Shown here in pieces: positions 15,826-24,375 of a DNA stretch of 64,000 nucleotides. The DNA lies in the IMG/VR virus record IMGVR_UViG_3300036987_000100, positions 1-64,000 of that record; one strand, 5' to 3'. This DNA comes from a virus. Its lineage: Duplodnaviria; Caudoviricetes. The translations under genes and the position numbers were made by a program. The notes beneath the pieces are model-generated. The model worked only from the letters and a program-made list of their open reading frames with translations. It was not told where the DNA came from and did not search any database. The stretch's first letter is position 1; each line of letters begins with the position of its first letter.

Positions 15826-18464
15826 CAGAACGGAACGCTCCCCGGGTCACCCGAGCCACCACCAATATCAATCGGCTCAATTACATCCCCGCTGCCCTGC
15901 GCCAAAACCTCACTGAAGTTGCTCGATTCGAAATCCCAATTAAGTTCGAAGTCCCGGCCGTCACCATCTCGAACCTTGAGTTGCTTCACCTGCATTCGCT
16001 TCTCTTTCTTATTGTCGTCGGTCTGTACTAGACCAAAAATCAGGGTCGAGTGCCAGACCGCCGCATCCGTCAAAGCGATGCTTTCGGCAGTAGCAGTGGC
16101 AGCCTGGTTTTTCTTCACTTCACGATTGAACTGAGAAGTCACCACAATAGGCAACTTCTTGGACATCGTTAGTCTCTTCACTTCACTGAAGGCGTTTGCG
16201 GCCTGCTCGATGCGGTCCTTGCCTGGTACCTTGATGAGGTAGATACCGTCAATAATCACCATTTCAGGCTGCGCCTCGTCTATAGCCGCAGCAAGCGTTT
16301 CAACCCGAAAATCAAAATTACCACCAACAACCGTCAGACCCTTCTCATTCAAAACATTCTTGGTAGCCTTCTCCAGCCGCTCTCTCTCAAAAACGGTAAG
16401 CTGACCAGAGCGCACTCGACCAAACGGAAGCTTTTCTTTGAGCGCAAAGAATCGCAGCGCAATTCTCATTTTGCTCATTTCCGTCGTTACGTAGAGCACC
16501 TTGTGCTTCCGAAACACCTCTGTGAGAGGTCCGTAGTTGCCTTGGTCATCGCGGACCTTGGTCCACAGTTTATAGCCAGTCGAGGCGTGCTCCGCGAGCA
16601 TCAGGCTGGCAAAGGTATTGTGAACGATAATGTCGTTGGCGACAAAACAACTGGTAGGCTCGACGGTCAAGTCGTAGATTTTCTGTTGGCCAACGTCCTC
16701 GATGCTCTCAATAACGTCCCAAAAAATATCAGAGGACCAAAGCCACCTGTACTCCGACTCGATTCCAAATACCTCGCAAAAAGCCTTAAAGGGACGAAGC
16801 CAGAGAGAGCCGTTGGCTCCAAACATATCTCGGACACCGAAATAGGAATTCTGCCCAGCCTTGTGCGCCGGATCTCTCCCTAAGAGCTTAGCCACTCGCA
16901 CAAGTGAACCATCGCCAGTCCAGCGCCCAGAGCGCGCCTTCGCAAGTGCTGCTATCTTTGCCTCGAATTCCCTCGACACGCGCGGGTACCCAACGTTGGT
17001 ATTACGCTTCTTTTTAAGAAGAGCAGTAACTCTTTGCGCCTTCTCGCCCCACAAGTGTACTTCGCGTGCGAAATTCTCCAAGGAAGAGGAGTACACTCTT
17101 AAGCGCCACGCATCGAACTTCTTGCCGTCACAGGTCGCCTGTTTGTATCCAACGCTGCTCTGAATACCTAGGCGGAGCAAAAGACTTTGTAGCTGGCGCA
17201 CCATCTTTTCGGAAGCCAGGGTTACACCGGGGCCGGTACTGTCGACGTAACCATCGCACATCCAAAAGGTCGAAATGAACTCAGATAGAGACTTCGTGGG
17301 TAGACGGTAAACAACAGCAGGAATGGTCTTGTGTTTAGCTAAGATGCCATCCATCCCATATTGCCGCAGTAACGCTTTAACTGGTCGGCCTAACCCCTCA
17401 TCCCAAGCGAAAGCATAGTCATAGTTTGCACGGTGGCGCACTTCGACCCCAAAAGCACGAGCCGCCTCATGGGCACGCTCTAGAATCTCAGGATCCGCAG
17501 TACTAAATCCGACAGTGCGACTCGTATAAGAGCCCTCGGCGAGCAACAATGCCAACAAGAATACGGTCTCAGAAGGTAAATCCTCTGGATGTTCAGGAGC
17601 GGGCATTCTGGCTGGAAGTGCAACAGTCATCCCAACCTTAAACTGTTCCGCAGGTTTCCAACCCTCTGCCGTCAAAAGAGGGTGCTCCGGAGTAACCGTT
17701 ACAGAACGTCCTGACGCGTAAGTGAATTTTAGACAACGCTTGTGTCCTGTATCCACCTTGGCAGTAATCGGCGTGGAGTGAATCCCCTTCTCCGGACTCC
17801 AAGTGGTGACCAGCTTGAGAGAGGGGGTCGATACCACTTCTTCAATAGTGTGCTCTTCACCTGTCTCTGGATCGACAATGCGCGTGGAGGCACAAACACA
17901 CTTCCCAATTCCGCTTCGGGCCACAAAGAGAATTAGCTCCTCTTTATTGAATCCAAGCGTGGTGTCATTCATGGTCGCCCACGGCGTCATGATTCCACGC
18001 TCACCCGCCTCCATTCGCAGGTAGTAGTCCCAAACATTGGGACCCTCATCAAACATCGAGGTCACTCTGGAGTCAGCGGCCCCAACCTGAAGACGCTGGA
18101 TGCGATAAACGGCCTGCTGTAACTCTTCAAACGACTCTATGTTTTGCTGGCTCTTAAGAAGATCCAGCGCAGTGTCAACGGAGCGCTTTACCTCGTTGCC
18201 AATAGCATTCTTGAGGATTTCATCTGCCCAAAATCCAGCAGTACAGCCATCCATCGCGGGAGGGAGCGGGATACCGAGCTTAGCCTCAATTACCCCAACA
18301 TCAGGTAGGGCTCCGTACTGCGAATAATGAATCGCGATGTACTCAAGGGCGGGCGCAGCTACCCCCTGGAGAATCTCCGGAGGAATCGCCCGAGAGAGGA
18401 ACTCCCGGTAGGCGGGTTTGCCCCCGTCCAATATGGCTCGAACCAGCGACTGCGTGAAATCCAC
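15825..18464 (-). CDS. dnaB: DnaB-like replicative helicase with an intein
   Basis: ARSGIGK|T after splicing, VTTEMS, IIDGIYL, VTSQFNR. Confidence 0.92.
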   Translation of the reverse strand: MDFTQSLVRAILDGGKPAYREFLSRAIPPEILQGVAAPALEYIAIHYSQYGALPDVGVIEAKLGIPLPPAMDGCTAGFWADEILKNAIGNEVKRSVDTALDLLKSQQNIESFEELQQAVYRIQRLQVGAADSRVTSMFDEGPNVWDYYLRMEAGERGIMTPWATMNDTTLGFNKEELILFVARSGIGKCVCASTRIVDPETGEEHTIEEVVSTPSLKLVTTWSPEKGIHSTPITAKVDTGHKRCLKFTYASGRSVTVTPEHPLLTAEGWKPAEQFKVGMTVALPARMPAPEHPEDLPSETVFLLALLLAEGSYTSRTVGFSTADPEILERAHEAARAFGVEVRHRANYDYAFAWDEGLGRPVKALLRQYGMDGILAKHKTIPAVVYRLPTKSLSEFISTFWMCDGYVDSTGPGVTLASEKMVRQLQSLLLRLGIQSSVGYKQATCDGKKFDAWRLRVYSSSLENFAREVHLWGEKAQRVTALLKKKRNTNVGYPRVSREFEAKIAALAKARSGRWTGDGSLVRVAKLLGRDPAHKAGQNSYFGVRDMFGANGSLWLRPFKAFCEVFGIESEYRWLWSSDIFWDVIESIEDVGQQKIYDLTVEPTSCFVANDIIVHNTFASLMLAEHASTGYKLWTKVRDDQGNYGPLTEVFRKHKVLYVTTEMSKMRIALRFFALKEKLPFGRVRSGQLTVFERERLEKATKNVLNEKGLTVVGGNFDFRVETLAAAIDEAQPEMVIIDGIYLIKVPGKDRIEQAANAFSEVKRLTMSKKLPIVVTSQFNREVKKNQAATATAESIALTDAAVWHSTLIFGLVQTDDNKKEKRMQVKQLKVRDGDGRDFELNWDFESSNFSEVLAQGSGDVIEPIDIGGGSGDPGSVPF
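16617..17900 (-). mobile_element. intein in the DnaB P-loop, 428 aa, in-frame LAGLIDADG domain
   Basis: GIGK|CVCAST...VTPEHP...LLLAEG...FWMCDG...IIVHN|TFA. Confidence 0.95.
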
Positions 18465-18479
18465 CCGCCACCCCTCGTA

Positions 18480-19238
18480 CTATTCAAGAAATTCGTTTTT
18501 AGCTTTAGCGGTAGCTTCGTGTCGATTATCGCCTACAACCTTTTGTACGGCGCAACACTTCTCTGCGGCAGACGCAATGCTTGGAGAGATTTTACTCCAA
18601 GCCATTGGACCCAGCAGAGACGTGATTACGGTCGGGAGGCCCCGATCGTGTCGGCTGACGATTAGGTTCCGAATGTCATTAATGCCGAAAATCTTTTCGG
18701 ACGCATCCTCCTCGCGTAGGTCGTCAAGCAAGAGAAAGTCGACATTTCGCGCTCTATCCATGATGGTGGATTCGCTATCGAATGCTGCATAAGTACGTAC
18801 GGCATCACGCAATTCAGTGACAGAGATGGCGTAGGCAGTGAACCCCCAGGCTCTGGCCTCTTTCAGAACTACACACGCAGCGCCGGTCTTGCCACTACCC
18901 ACCTCCCCATAAAGAAAAAGCCCAACATTCTTCTCTTTGACTTCGAGAATTCGTTCAGAGAATTTAGTAATGGGCGCTCTCACGGTGTCCGTAAGAAGTT
19001 CTTTGGTGGCACACCATAGCTCCAACGGTAAGTGCATCCGAGCGAAGTCCTCGTTATCTAGAGGATTCGGACTACAGTTGCACTTAGAGGCACAATCGAG
19101 TTCACAGTTACCGAGGGGGCGAGTGCAGTCGCAAGGGGTCTTTAACAACACGGGACAGGCTGGTAGCCCGGGGAGTCCGCGACGATTCGGTTGAGCGGCT
19201 CGGTGCTCACCGCGTTTTCTGATTAGGGGGTTCGCCAT
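18480..19238 (-). CDS. DnaC/IstB-like helicase loader ATPase
   Basis: GEVGSGKT, FLLLDDL, LPTVITS; sits between the initiator and dnaB. Confidence 0.85.
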   Translation of the reverse strand: MANPLIRKRGEHRAAQPNRRGLPGLPACPVLLKTPCDCTRPLGNCELDCASKCNCSPNPLDNEDFARMHLPLELWCATKELLTDTVRAPITKFSERILEVKEKNVGLFLYGEVGSGKTGAACVVLKEARAWGFTAYAISVTELRDAVRTYAAFDSESTIMDRARNVDFLLLDDLREEDASEKIFGINDIRNLIVSRHDRGLPTVITSLLGPMAWSKISPSIASAAEKCCAVQKVVGDNRHEATAKAKNEFLE

Positions 19239-19239
19239 A

Positions 19240-20598
19240 TCACATCCCCATGGCTTTTAGATCTTCACGTACCGCATCGTAAGCTGCCTGTAGCTCCTTG
19301 GGCGCCCTGGTCGCGCTTGGGTTGGCATCACACCACTGGTCGTACTCCGTCTTCACCTTGAGCGCAGTGAACATCTTCTTGGCCTCCGGTACCACGGAGG
19401 CGTCAAGCGAGGTGAACAACCCGAGAGTTGGCAGCGTCGCCTTAATCTTCGGATAGCGCGCTCTTTGCCTCTCCCAGTAGCGAATGTAGTACCGCATGGC
19501 GCGCTCAAGGTCCTCATGGCCCCAACGTTCCAGTAGTCGCTTCAGCATTCCACCCTCCTTGGGTCCCCACGATTTCTCCATCGAGTCGTTGGGGAACTTC
19601 TGCTGAAACTCCAGCATCCAAGTTTGCTGCAGGTCATGCAACTTACCGAACAAAGTTTGCTTGGGGACCTTCAGCTTGGGAAGCGCAGGAGTACCTGAGG
19701 AGGCCTCCTGCTTCGCCTTGGCACGCTGCTTGGCCTCCTTTGCCGCCTTGGCCGCGTCGAATCGCTGTGCGCCTATCAGGGCGGCCCGCGCCACAGAGGC
19801 CTTACGAGCCTCAAGCTCTTCGTCCGACATGTGTTCCTCCTGTGTGTCATCCACTACAGCCACAACGGTTACAGGCTCGAAACGAAGCGCCGTCGCCGCG
19901 AAACCGTTTTTAGGTGTGAAATCATCCGTAGGAAAAAATTCCTGATCTTCGGTGAAATCCAGGTTTTTTGAAAATTTCTGATCTTCGGTGAAGCTGTTGG
20001 CGTGTGTCGACGAGCGAAGCGAGACGACTTGAGGTGAGCGAAGCGAACCTCTGCCTTTACTTCTTTCTTGAGTTGTTTCTTGAGTTGTTTCTTTGCTTGT
20101 CTCTTTGTACGCAGTCTGCGACGTTTTTTCCGCAGAAGTTGCCATGGCACCCGCAGGTTCTGCTTGTTGACCCGCAGATTCTGCGGGTAAGCCGGAGAAA
20201 TCTGCGAGCGACCTTACGGTGTCCATCCAGTTCAGTTCTGAACTCTCAGTGCGAGCCTCTGTTTGCGTGCTCCGTTCAAACTTCTTCCACTCAGTGATGT
20301 ATTGTGCCGGGATGAGTACGTAGAACCTGTTCGTGGAAAGCCCTCGCGAAACAATCTTCAGCATGTTCTTGCTTTTGAACTTACTAATGCATTCCTGAAC
20401 CTTTCGGACAGAGCACCCGATCTGTTTAGCGATAGTCTCTTGACTCGCCCACCCATGTCCCTCCTTCAAACAGTATCTGCGCATCCTGCCGTAGCAAACC
20501 TTCTCGATGGCGGTGAAATCGTCGCGATACGCCAACCAATCCGGGATGGCTGTAAAATCATCTGGACTTTTCGCAGAACTCTGGAGTTGTTCACTCAC
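19240..20598 (-). CDS. phage replication initiator with N-terminal winged HTH
   Basis: ASQETIAKQIGCSVRKVQECISKFKSKNML...RGLSTNRFYV; upstream of the loader and helicase genes. Confidence 0.75.
   Translation of the reverse strand: MSEQLQSSAKSPDDFTAIPDWLAYRDDFTAIEKVCYGRMRRYCLKEGHGWASQETIAKQIGCSVRKVQECISKFKSKNMLKIVSRGLSTNRFYVLIPAQYITEWKKFERSTQTEARTESSELNWMDTVRSLADFSGLPAESAGQQAEPAGAMATSAEKTSQTAYKETSKETTQETTQERSKGRGSLRSPQVVSLRSSTHANSFTEDQKFSKNLDFTEDQEFFPTDDFTPKNGFAATALRFEPVTVVAVVDDTQEEHMSDEELEARKASVARAALIGAQRFDAAKAAKEAKQRAKAKQEASSGTPALPKLKVPKQTLFGKLHDLQQTWMLEFQQKFPNDSMEKSWGPKEGGMLKRLLERWGHEDLERAMRYYIRYWERQRARYPKIKATLPTLGLFTSLDASVVPEAKKMFTALKVKTEYDQWCDANPSATRAPKELQAAYDAVREDLKAMGM
19942..20206. repeat. 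iteron-like repeat cluster inside the initiator gene (putative origin)
   Basis: CTGATCTTCGGTGAA x2; GAGCGAAGCGA x2; TTTCTTGAGTTG x2; ACCCGCAGRTTCTGC x2; 9-bp inverted repeat at 20170-20188. Confidence 0.6.
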
Positions 20599-21368
20599 GA
20601 AAGCACCAATTCCGGCAAAGTTCGAAGAGTTTCAACATATTGAAGTAGTTCTGGCGCGGAACGAAACCACTCTCCTCGGATGTGAAACTGTACAAACTTT
20701 TCGTGCAGTTCTTTTTCTGTTTTTCGCCCGCCAGGCACGCAAACCAACAGCTTCAACGGGCTAGTAGTCGAAGTCTGGAGTGCTGCTACACGGTTCGAAA
20801 CATTTTTGGAGAATCCAATCTTGATTGCGTCTGCTTGTACATCCTGTATGAAATACACCCAAGTAGCGCTCTCCTCGATCCGAACTATTTCTTTTTCCAC
20901 TAACATTCTGGCGTCTTTCTCTCTTGCCAGAGACTCGCACTCCTCAAGATACTTAGTCGTTTGGGCCTTCCCGAACGCTTCAAGTTCTTGCTTCGCTCTC
21001 TTGAGCGCGCGTCCGGCTTTTCGGAGATTGGTACCCGGAAGTGTCGTAATTGCCTCAACAAGCTCGATGAAGCCGACCATCACATCGAATTCATTAAGAA
21101 GGTTGCTGGAAACCTCAGGGAGCTGGTAGCCCCAGGCTTCCAGCTCTACTTTCGAGAGTGACGGTGTCGTACTGTCACAACGGCACTCGCAGCAGATCCG
21201 CAACTCGTTGCTAGGACCCTGCCCAGTGTGAATCCCCAAGCTGTGCCACCCCATGAAACCGCCACAGCCCTTGCATGGAGGCAGTGTGTGAGATTCAGAA
21301 AAAGGAATCCCCTCACATTTTGAGCAATAGTGACTTCCGTTAAGTCGAGCGTTCTTAGCGCTAGTCAT
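20595..21368 (-). CDS. T5orf172/Mug113 (GIY-YIG-like) domain protein with Cys-rich N-terminus
   Basis: VYFIQ...IKIGFSKNVSNRVAALQ...ELHEKF...RGEWF. Confidence 0.8.
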   Translation of the reverse strand: MTSAKNARLNGSHYCSKCEGIPFSESHTLPPCKGCGGFMGWHSLGIHTGQGPSNELRICCECRCDSTTPSLSKVELEAWGYQLPEVSSNLLNEFDVMVGFIELVEAITTLPGTNLRKAGRALKRAKQELEAFGKAQTTKYLEECESLAREKDARMLVEKEIVRIEESATWVYFIQDVQADAIKIGFSKNVSNRVAALQTSTTSPLKLLVCVPGGRKTEKELHEKFVQFHIRGEWFRSAPELLQYVETLRTLPELVLS

Positions 21369-21380
21369 GACTACGCTTTC

Positions 21381-21396
21381 GCGACCATGTGGTCGC
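21381..21396. repeat. 16-bp palindrome copy 4 (GCGACCATGTGGTCGC)
   Basis: Read directly; 13 nt upstream of the ATG at 21368. Confidence 0.95.
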
Positions 21397-21412
21397 CAGT
21401 TATGTCGCTTGG

Positions 21413-21635
21413 AAAAAAATAGGGTGACCCTGCTGGTCTCAGATCGGAGTGCCGGGGACTAACTCTCGTTGCGCGAAACAGGGGGAAACGCGCACGGAAC
21501 CCCGACCCCGAATCCAGCAGGGCCACCCTATAAAGGAGTGAGTACCACAAAGGCGTATTCAAGCAAGCTCCCCCTGTTTGAAACCGCAAGGTTTCTCAAA
21601 CAAGGGAGGCTGAGACCCGCCGAAGCTTGAGAACG
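21413..21635 (-). ncRNA. structured leader or ncRNA candidate upstream of the replication operon
   Basis: 18-bp stem 21419-21436/21514-21531 (G-U on the minus strand) followed by a U-tract; second hairpin 21568-21608; promoter upstream; endpoints approximate. Confidence 0.6.
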
Positions 21636-21641
21636 AAGGGG

Positions 21642-21670
21642 CTTGTACGCTTCGCTCACTTACTTAGCAA
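21642..21670 (-). promoter_or_regulatory. sigma70-like promoter candidate
   Basis: TTGCTA-N17-TACAAG. Confidence 0.5.
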
Positions 21671-21703
21671 GGCCCTAGATGTAGTGGGTACCTTTTCTTT
21701 GGA

Positions 21704-22456
21704 CTACTCCTTATCGGAGTCACTGCCTGGTTCAGTTTCTGCAAGGTCCTGCAGGCTTTCCCGTAAGTGCCTCTCGTAATCCCCGACCCAGTCATACGCG
21801 GAGGCTTCTCCTTCCCCCTCCTCCTCTTCGTAATTGAAGTCGAAGTCATCGGCAGTTCCCTTGAGTTGAGCTGCCACAAGCGAATCCACTCGTCGCCTCT
21901 CTCGCCTGGACTCGACGTCGGAGTAGCGCATGCTCTCCGAGATGCCAGAAGCCTTCAGGCGCGCATTTCGGGCCTTACGGCTGGTGTCCAAATCGAGCCC
22001 CAAGTCGCTCTGGTACGCACTCTTAGAGCCCTTGCCCCCGTAGCGGCCATCGTCCGTCTTGTCGTAGCCGAGCCAAGCATTACCTGAGCGGCCCTTGGCC
22101 TCATCTACTTCGAGTCGCCGAAGAGTGTCTTCTGCCGCCTTCATGATGGACCAAACCTGCATATACAAGTTATGCCGGGCATAACCCTGTGTCCGGGAGA
22201 CGCCATTCTTGAAATTGGTGTAGTCGATGGAAAGAACCGCTTTCGACATCGCCTCTGCAAATTCCTTCCGCCACGCCAGCGCGCGGTAGGGGTAGTCGGC
22301 GCCCGTAGGTGTTGCGACGATGTCTCCAAGGTTTGGGAGCCACTTTTGCTGCAACAGCTCCAAGTCCCCCTTCACGCGGGAACGGACGAGCAGCAAGTCC
22401 CTGTCCTGCCGGTGCTCAATTACGCTGAAGTACCCGAATCCCGAGAAAATCCACAA
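21704..22456 (-). CDS. conserved-looking hypothetical protein (WIF..FGYFSV...VRSR...ADYPYRA...IDYTNFK)
   Basis: GAAAGG upstream of the TTG at 22456; the ORF track extends to 22489. Confidence 0.75.
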   Translation of the reverse strand: MWIFSGFGYFSVIEHRQDRDLLLVRSRVKGDLELLQQKWLPNLGDIVATPTGADYPYRALAWRKEFAEAMSKAVLSIDYTNFKNGVSRTQGYARHNLYMQVWSIMKAAEDTLRRLEVDEAKGRSGNAWLGYDKTDDGRYGGKGSKSAYQSDLGLDLDTSRKARNARLKASGISESMRYSDVESRRERRRVDSLVAAQLKGTADDFDFNYEEEEGEGEASAYDWVGDYERHLRESLQDLAETEPGSDSDKE

Positions 22457-22485
22457 TGTAGTAACCAACCTTTCTAGTGTCTCCC

Positions 22486-22514
22486 ACACTAGCAGGTTGT
22501 CAGACGATTGTCAA
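22486..22514 (-). promoter_or_regulatory. sigma70-like promoter candidate
   Basis: TTGACA-N17-TAGTGT. Confidence 0.6.
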
Positions 22515-22897
22515 GCCGCTTGGCTACCGATAACCTCTGGAATTCCATGACGCTTGAACCAGGACCGTTGCTCAACCATCTCCGTCTGCATCCGCAGGGC
22601 GAGGAGTTGTCCGGTCTTGACTTCGTCCACTGACGGGCGGAAGCCTGCGGGGAGGCTAGCTACCGCATCGAGGAAGACGGAAGCGTCCAGAATACGACCT
22701 TTCTTCAGCAGCCCCCTGGCGTCTTGAATTCTACGTTTGAACCACGCGAGATCTGCCTTCTTGATGGTGATTTCTGCCCCAACGGCGTTTTGTAGCCACT
22801 TAGGACTTTTTTTTGGCTTCTTCGGCTTTGGCCAACAGTAGGTCTCTTTCCTCCACCGGAAGTCTAATTTGTAGCCACTTGGGCATCTTCCCGGCAT
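22511..22897 (-). CDS. hypothetical protein; true start uncertain
   Basis: Co-oriented ORF overlapping the upstream gene. Confidence 0.5.
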   Translation of the reverse strand: MPGRCPSGYKLDFRWRKETYCWPKPKKPKKSPKWLQNAVGAEITIKKADLAWFKRRIQDARGLLKKGRILDASVFLDAVASLPAGFRPSVDEVKTGQLLALRMQTEMVEQRSWFKRHGIPEVIGSQAA

Positions 22898-23282
22898 TCA
22901 TGGCCTGGGTGAACATTGCGTGGGCTGCACGCTTGATTTGTTCATCATTTAGTTGACTCTGCTGAATGGGGTTATTGTTCTGTGGCTGGCTTTGTGCCTC
23001 CAATACCAGAGGCGGAGGGCTGGGCATGATGGTCCCAATAAGTCGCAAGGACGGGATGTAACTTACGCACACCCAGCTTCCCTTGAACTGAAGCCAGCCC
23101 TCCCGGTTTCGCTTATCATCCTCTCGAACTCCAAGCGCCTTCCCCTTCTCGAATTGGCTGCAGAGCGTGTCGTAACCCTCGGCATCCAAATCCAATCCGT
23201 ACCGGTGCCTCATCCGCATGATGCAGTGTGCAAGATGGTAAATCCGACGTGCGGCTCGATCCTCGGCGGAACTACGCGACAT
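22800..23282 (-). CDS. hypothetical protein with an HxxxRxxxRY motif
   Basis: Co-oriented; GGAG upstream of the ATG. Confidence 0.6.
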   Translation of the reverse strand: MSRSSAEDRAARRIYHLAHCIMRMRHRYGLDLDAEGYDTLCSQFEKGKALGVREDDKRNREGWLQFKGSWVCVSYIPSLRLIGTIMPSPPPLVLEAQSQPQNNNPIQQSQLNDEQIKRAAHAMFTQAMNAGKMPKWLQIRLPVEERDLLLAKAEEAKKKS

Positions 23283-23621
23283 TCATTTCTCCTCGGGTTT
23301 ACGACGAGAAGGCATTCGGTGATCGCCCTCCCGGGTCGCCGCTTCACACATCTTTCGCAGCTTATCCCTTTCTCGGTTGTATACCTCAGCCGCCGCGTTC
23401 ACGATGCGTGCTTGTGCGTCTGCTTCTGGGCCTTCTACCCAAGCCGCGACACGCTCACGCCAAGCGAGGAGCCAAGCGTAGTCCTCCGGCATCATACCAT
23501 CCGTGCGCATGTCCTTCAGTGGAACCTGAATGTACTGTTTGGCAGGATGCTTGGCGTATTCCGCTTTTTCTTCCTGGGAGATAATTCTGATTGTCATGAC
23601 ATCCTCGCTGGCGGGCTCCAC
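23283..23621 (-). CDS. hypothetical protein
   Basis: Co-oriented and abutting its neighbours. Confidence 0.55.
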   Translation of the reverse strand: MEPASEDVMTIRIISQEEKAEYAKHPAKQYIQVPLKDMRTDGMMPEDYAWLLAWRERVAAWVEGPEADAQARIVNAAAEVYNRERDKLRKMCEAATREGDHRMPSRRKPEEK

Positions 23622-24124
23622 ACAGGCGTCGGTCGTGGCTCGGGTTCCTTCGGAGGAACCGGTGGTGGAAGAACTTCCACGACAGTCGGAACCTCAGACT
23701 CCGTGATGGCCGAAATCCAGAGCCCCAACTTTTTGATGTCTTCGGCCGAGGGGTCTTTTGCGTGCGTCAAGGTGAGGTAAAGCTTTCGCAAGCTGGGCAA
23801 GCAACGAGTCAGCTCCACCTTCGTAGGCCGATTCACCGCCGGGCTCTTTTGGGCAGCCTTCTCAGCCTTCTTGCCCGTCATGGCCCAAGCCTTGGCATTG
23901 CGCCCCGTTACCCTGCAGGCCCGGACGCTCTTCACGTAGAGAACACCCAAGGCCCCGAGCCCAGCAAGGCGCTTATGCGCAGACGAGGAGCGCAAAGCTT
24001 CGTCCAACTCTCGCCCCGTCATGGAATCGTGCCGAGCAACTTCAGTCGCAACCTCCCGCTGCACGTGTTCTAGCGTGCGGTCCTCCAGGACCTCCCAATA
24101 GGCTTCAACAGCCATTGTCTTCAT
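23594..24124 (-). CDS. winged-HTH-like putative regulator with Pro-rich tail
   Basis: MTGRELDEAL..SSAHKRLAGL..LG......R.CRVTGRNAKAW. Confidence 0.65.
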   Translation of the reverse strand: MKTMAVEAYWEVLEDRTLEHVQREVATEVARHDSMTGRELDEALRSSSAHKRLAGLGALGVLYVKSVRACRVTGRNAKAWAMTGKKAEKAAQKSPAVNRPTKVELTRCLPSLRKLYLTLTHAKDPSAEDIKKLGLWISAITESEVPTVVEVLPPPVPPKEPEPRPTPVWSPPARMS

Positions 24125-24132
24125 AGCTGCCC

Positions 24133-24161
24133 ACCCTACACCGCTGGACTGCGATTGTCAA
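24133..24161 (-). promoter_or_regulatory. sigma70-like promoter candidate, probably giving a leaderless mRNA
   Basis: TTGACA-N17-TAGGGT with TG extension; ATG begins 9 nt after the -10 box. Confidence 0.6.
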
Positions 24162-24198
24162 GAACAGCAGGGAGAAGGAAACGCTCGGGTGCTCGTCG

Positions 24199-24242
24199 AA
24201 ACAAAAAGCCCTTTCCGCGCCGAAGCACAGAAAGAGCCTTTT
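24199..24242 (-). terminator. Rho-independent terminator with a C(UUCG)G loop
   Basis: ~17-bp stem with G-U pairs on the minus strand, followed by TTTTTGTTT. Confidence 0.85.
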
Positions 24243-24341
24243 GCCTGTCCTGAGCGATATGCCCCCGGACAGGAGGGGCTAGGGAGTTCTTCGGAAGAAG
24301 GCGGGGATTCCGAAGGGGGTCTCGCCCTGACCCGGGGTACT
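24199..24341 (-). ncRNA. four-hairpin small RNA candidate
   Basis: Stems 24316-21/24329-34, 24289-96/24308-15 and 24244-50/24267-73 plus the terminator; promoter upstream; 5' end approximate. Confidence 0.55.
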
Positions 24342-24347
24342 TCAGCA

Positions 24348-24375
24348 AGGTACTTGGTACCCTAAGGCTTGTCAA
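24348..24375 (-). promoter_or_regulatory. sigma70-like promoter candidate for the sRNA
   Basis: TTGACA-N16-TACCTT. Confidence 0.45.

Noticed and set aside
21371-21589. 72-aa ORF across the structured leader
   Set aside because: No RBS or protein-like features; RNA structure explains the region better, though a leader peptide is not excluded.
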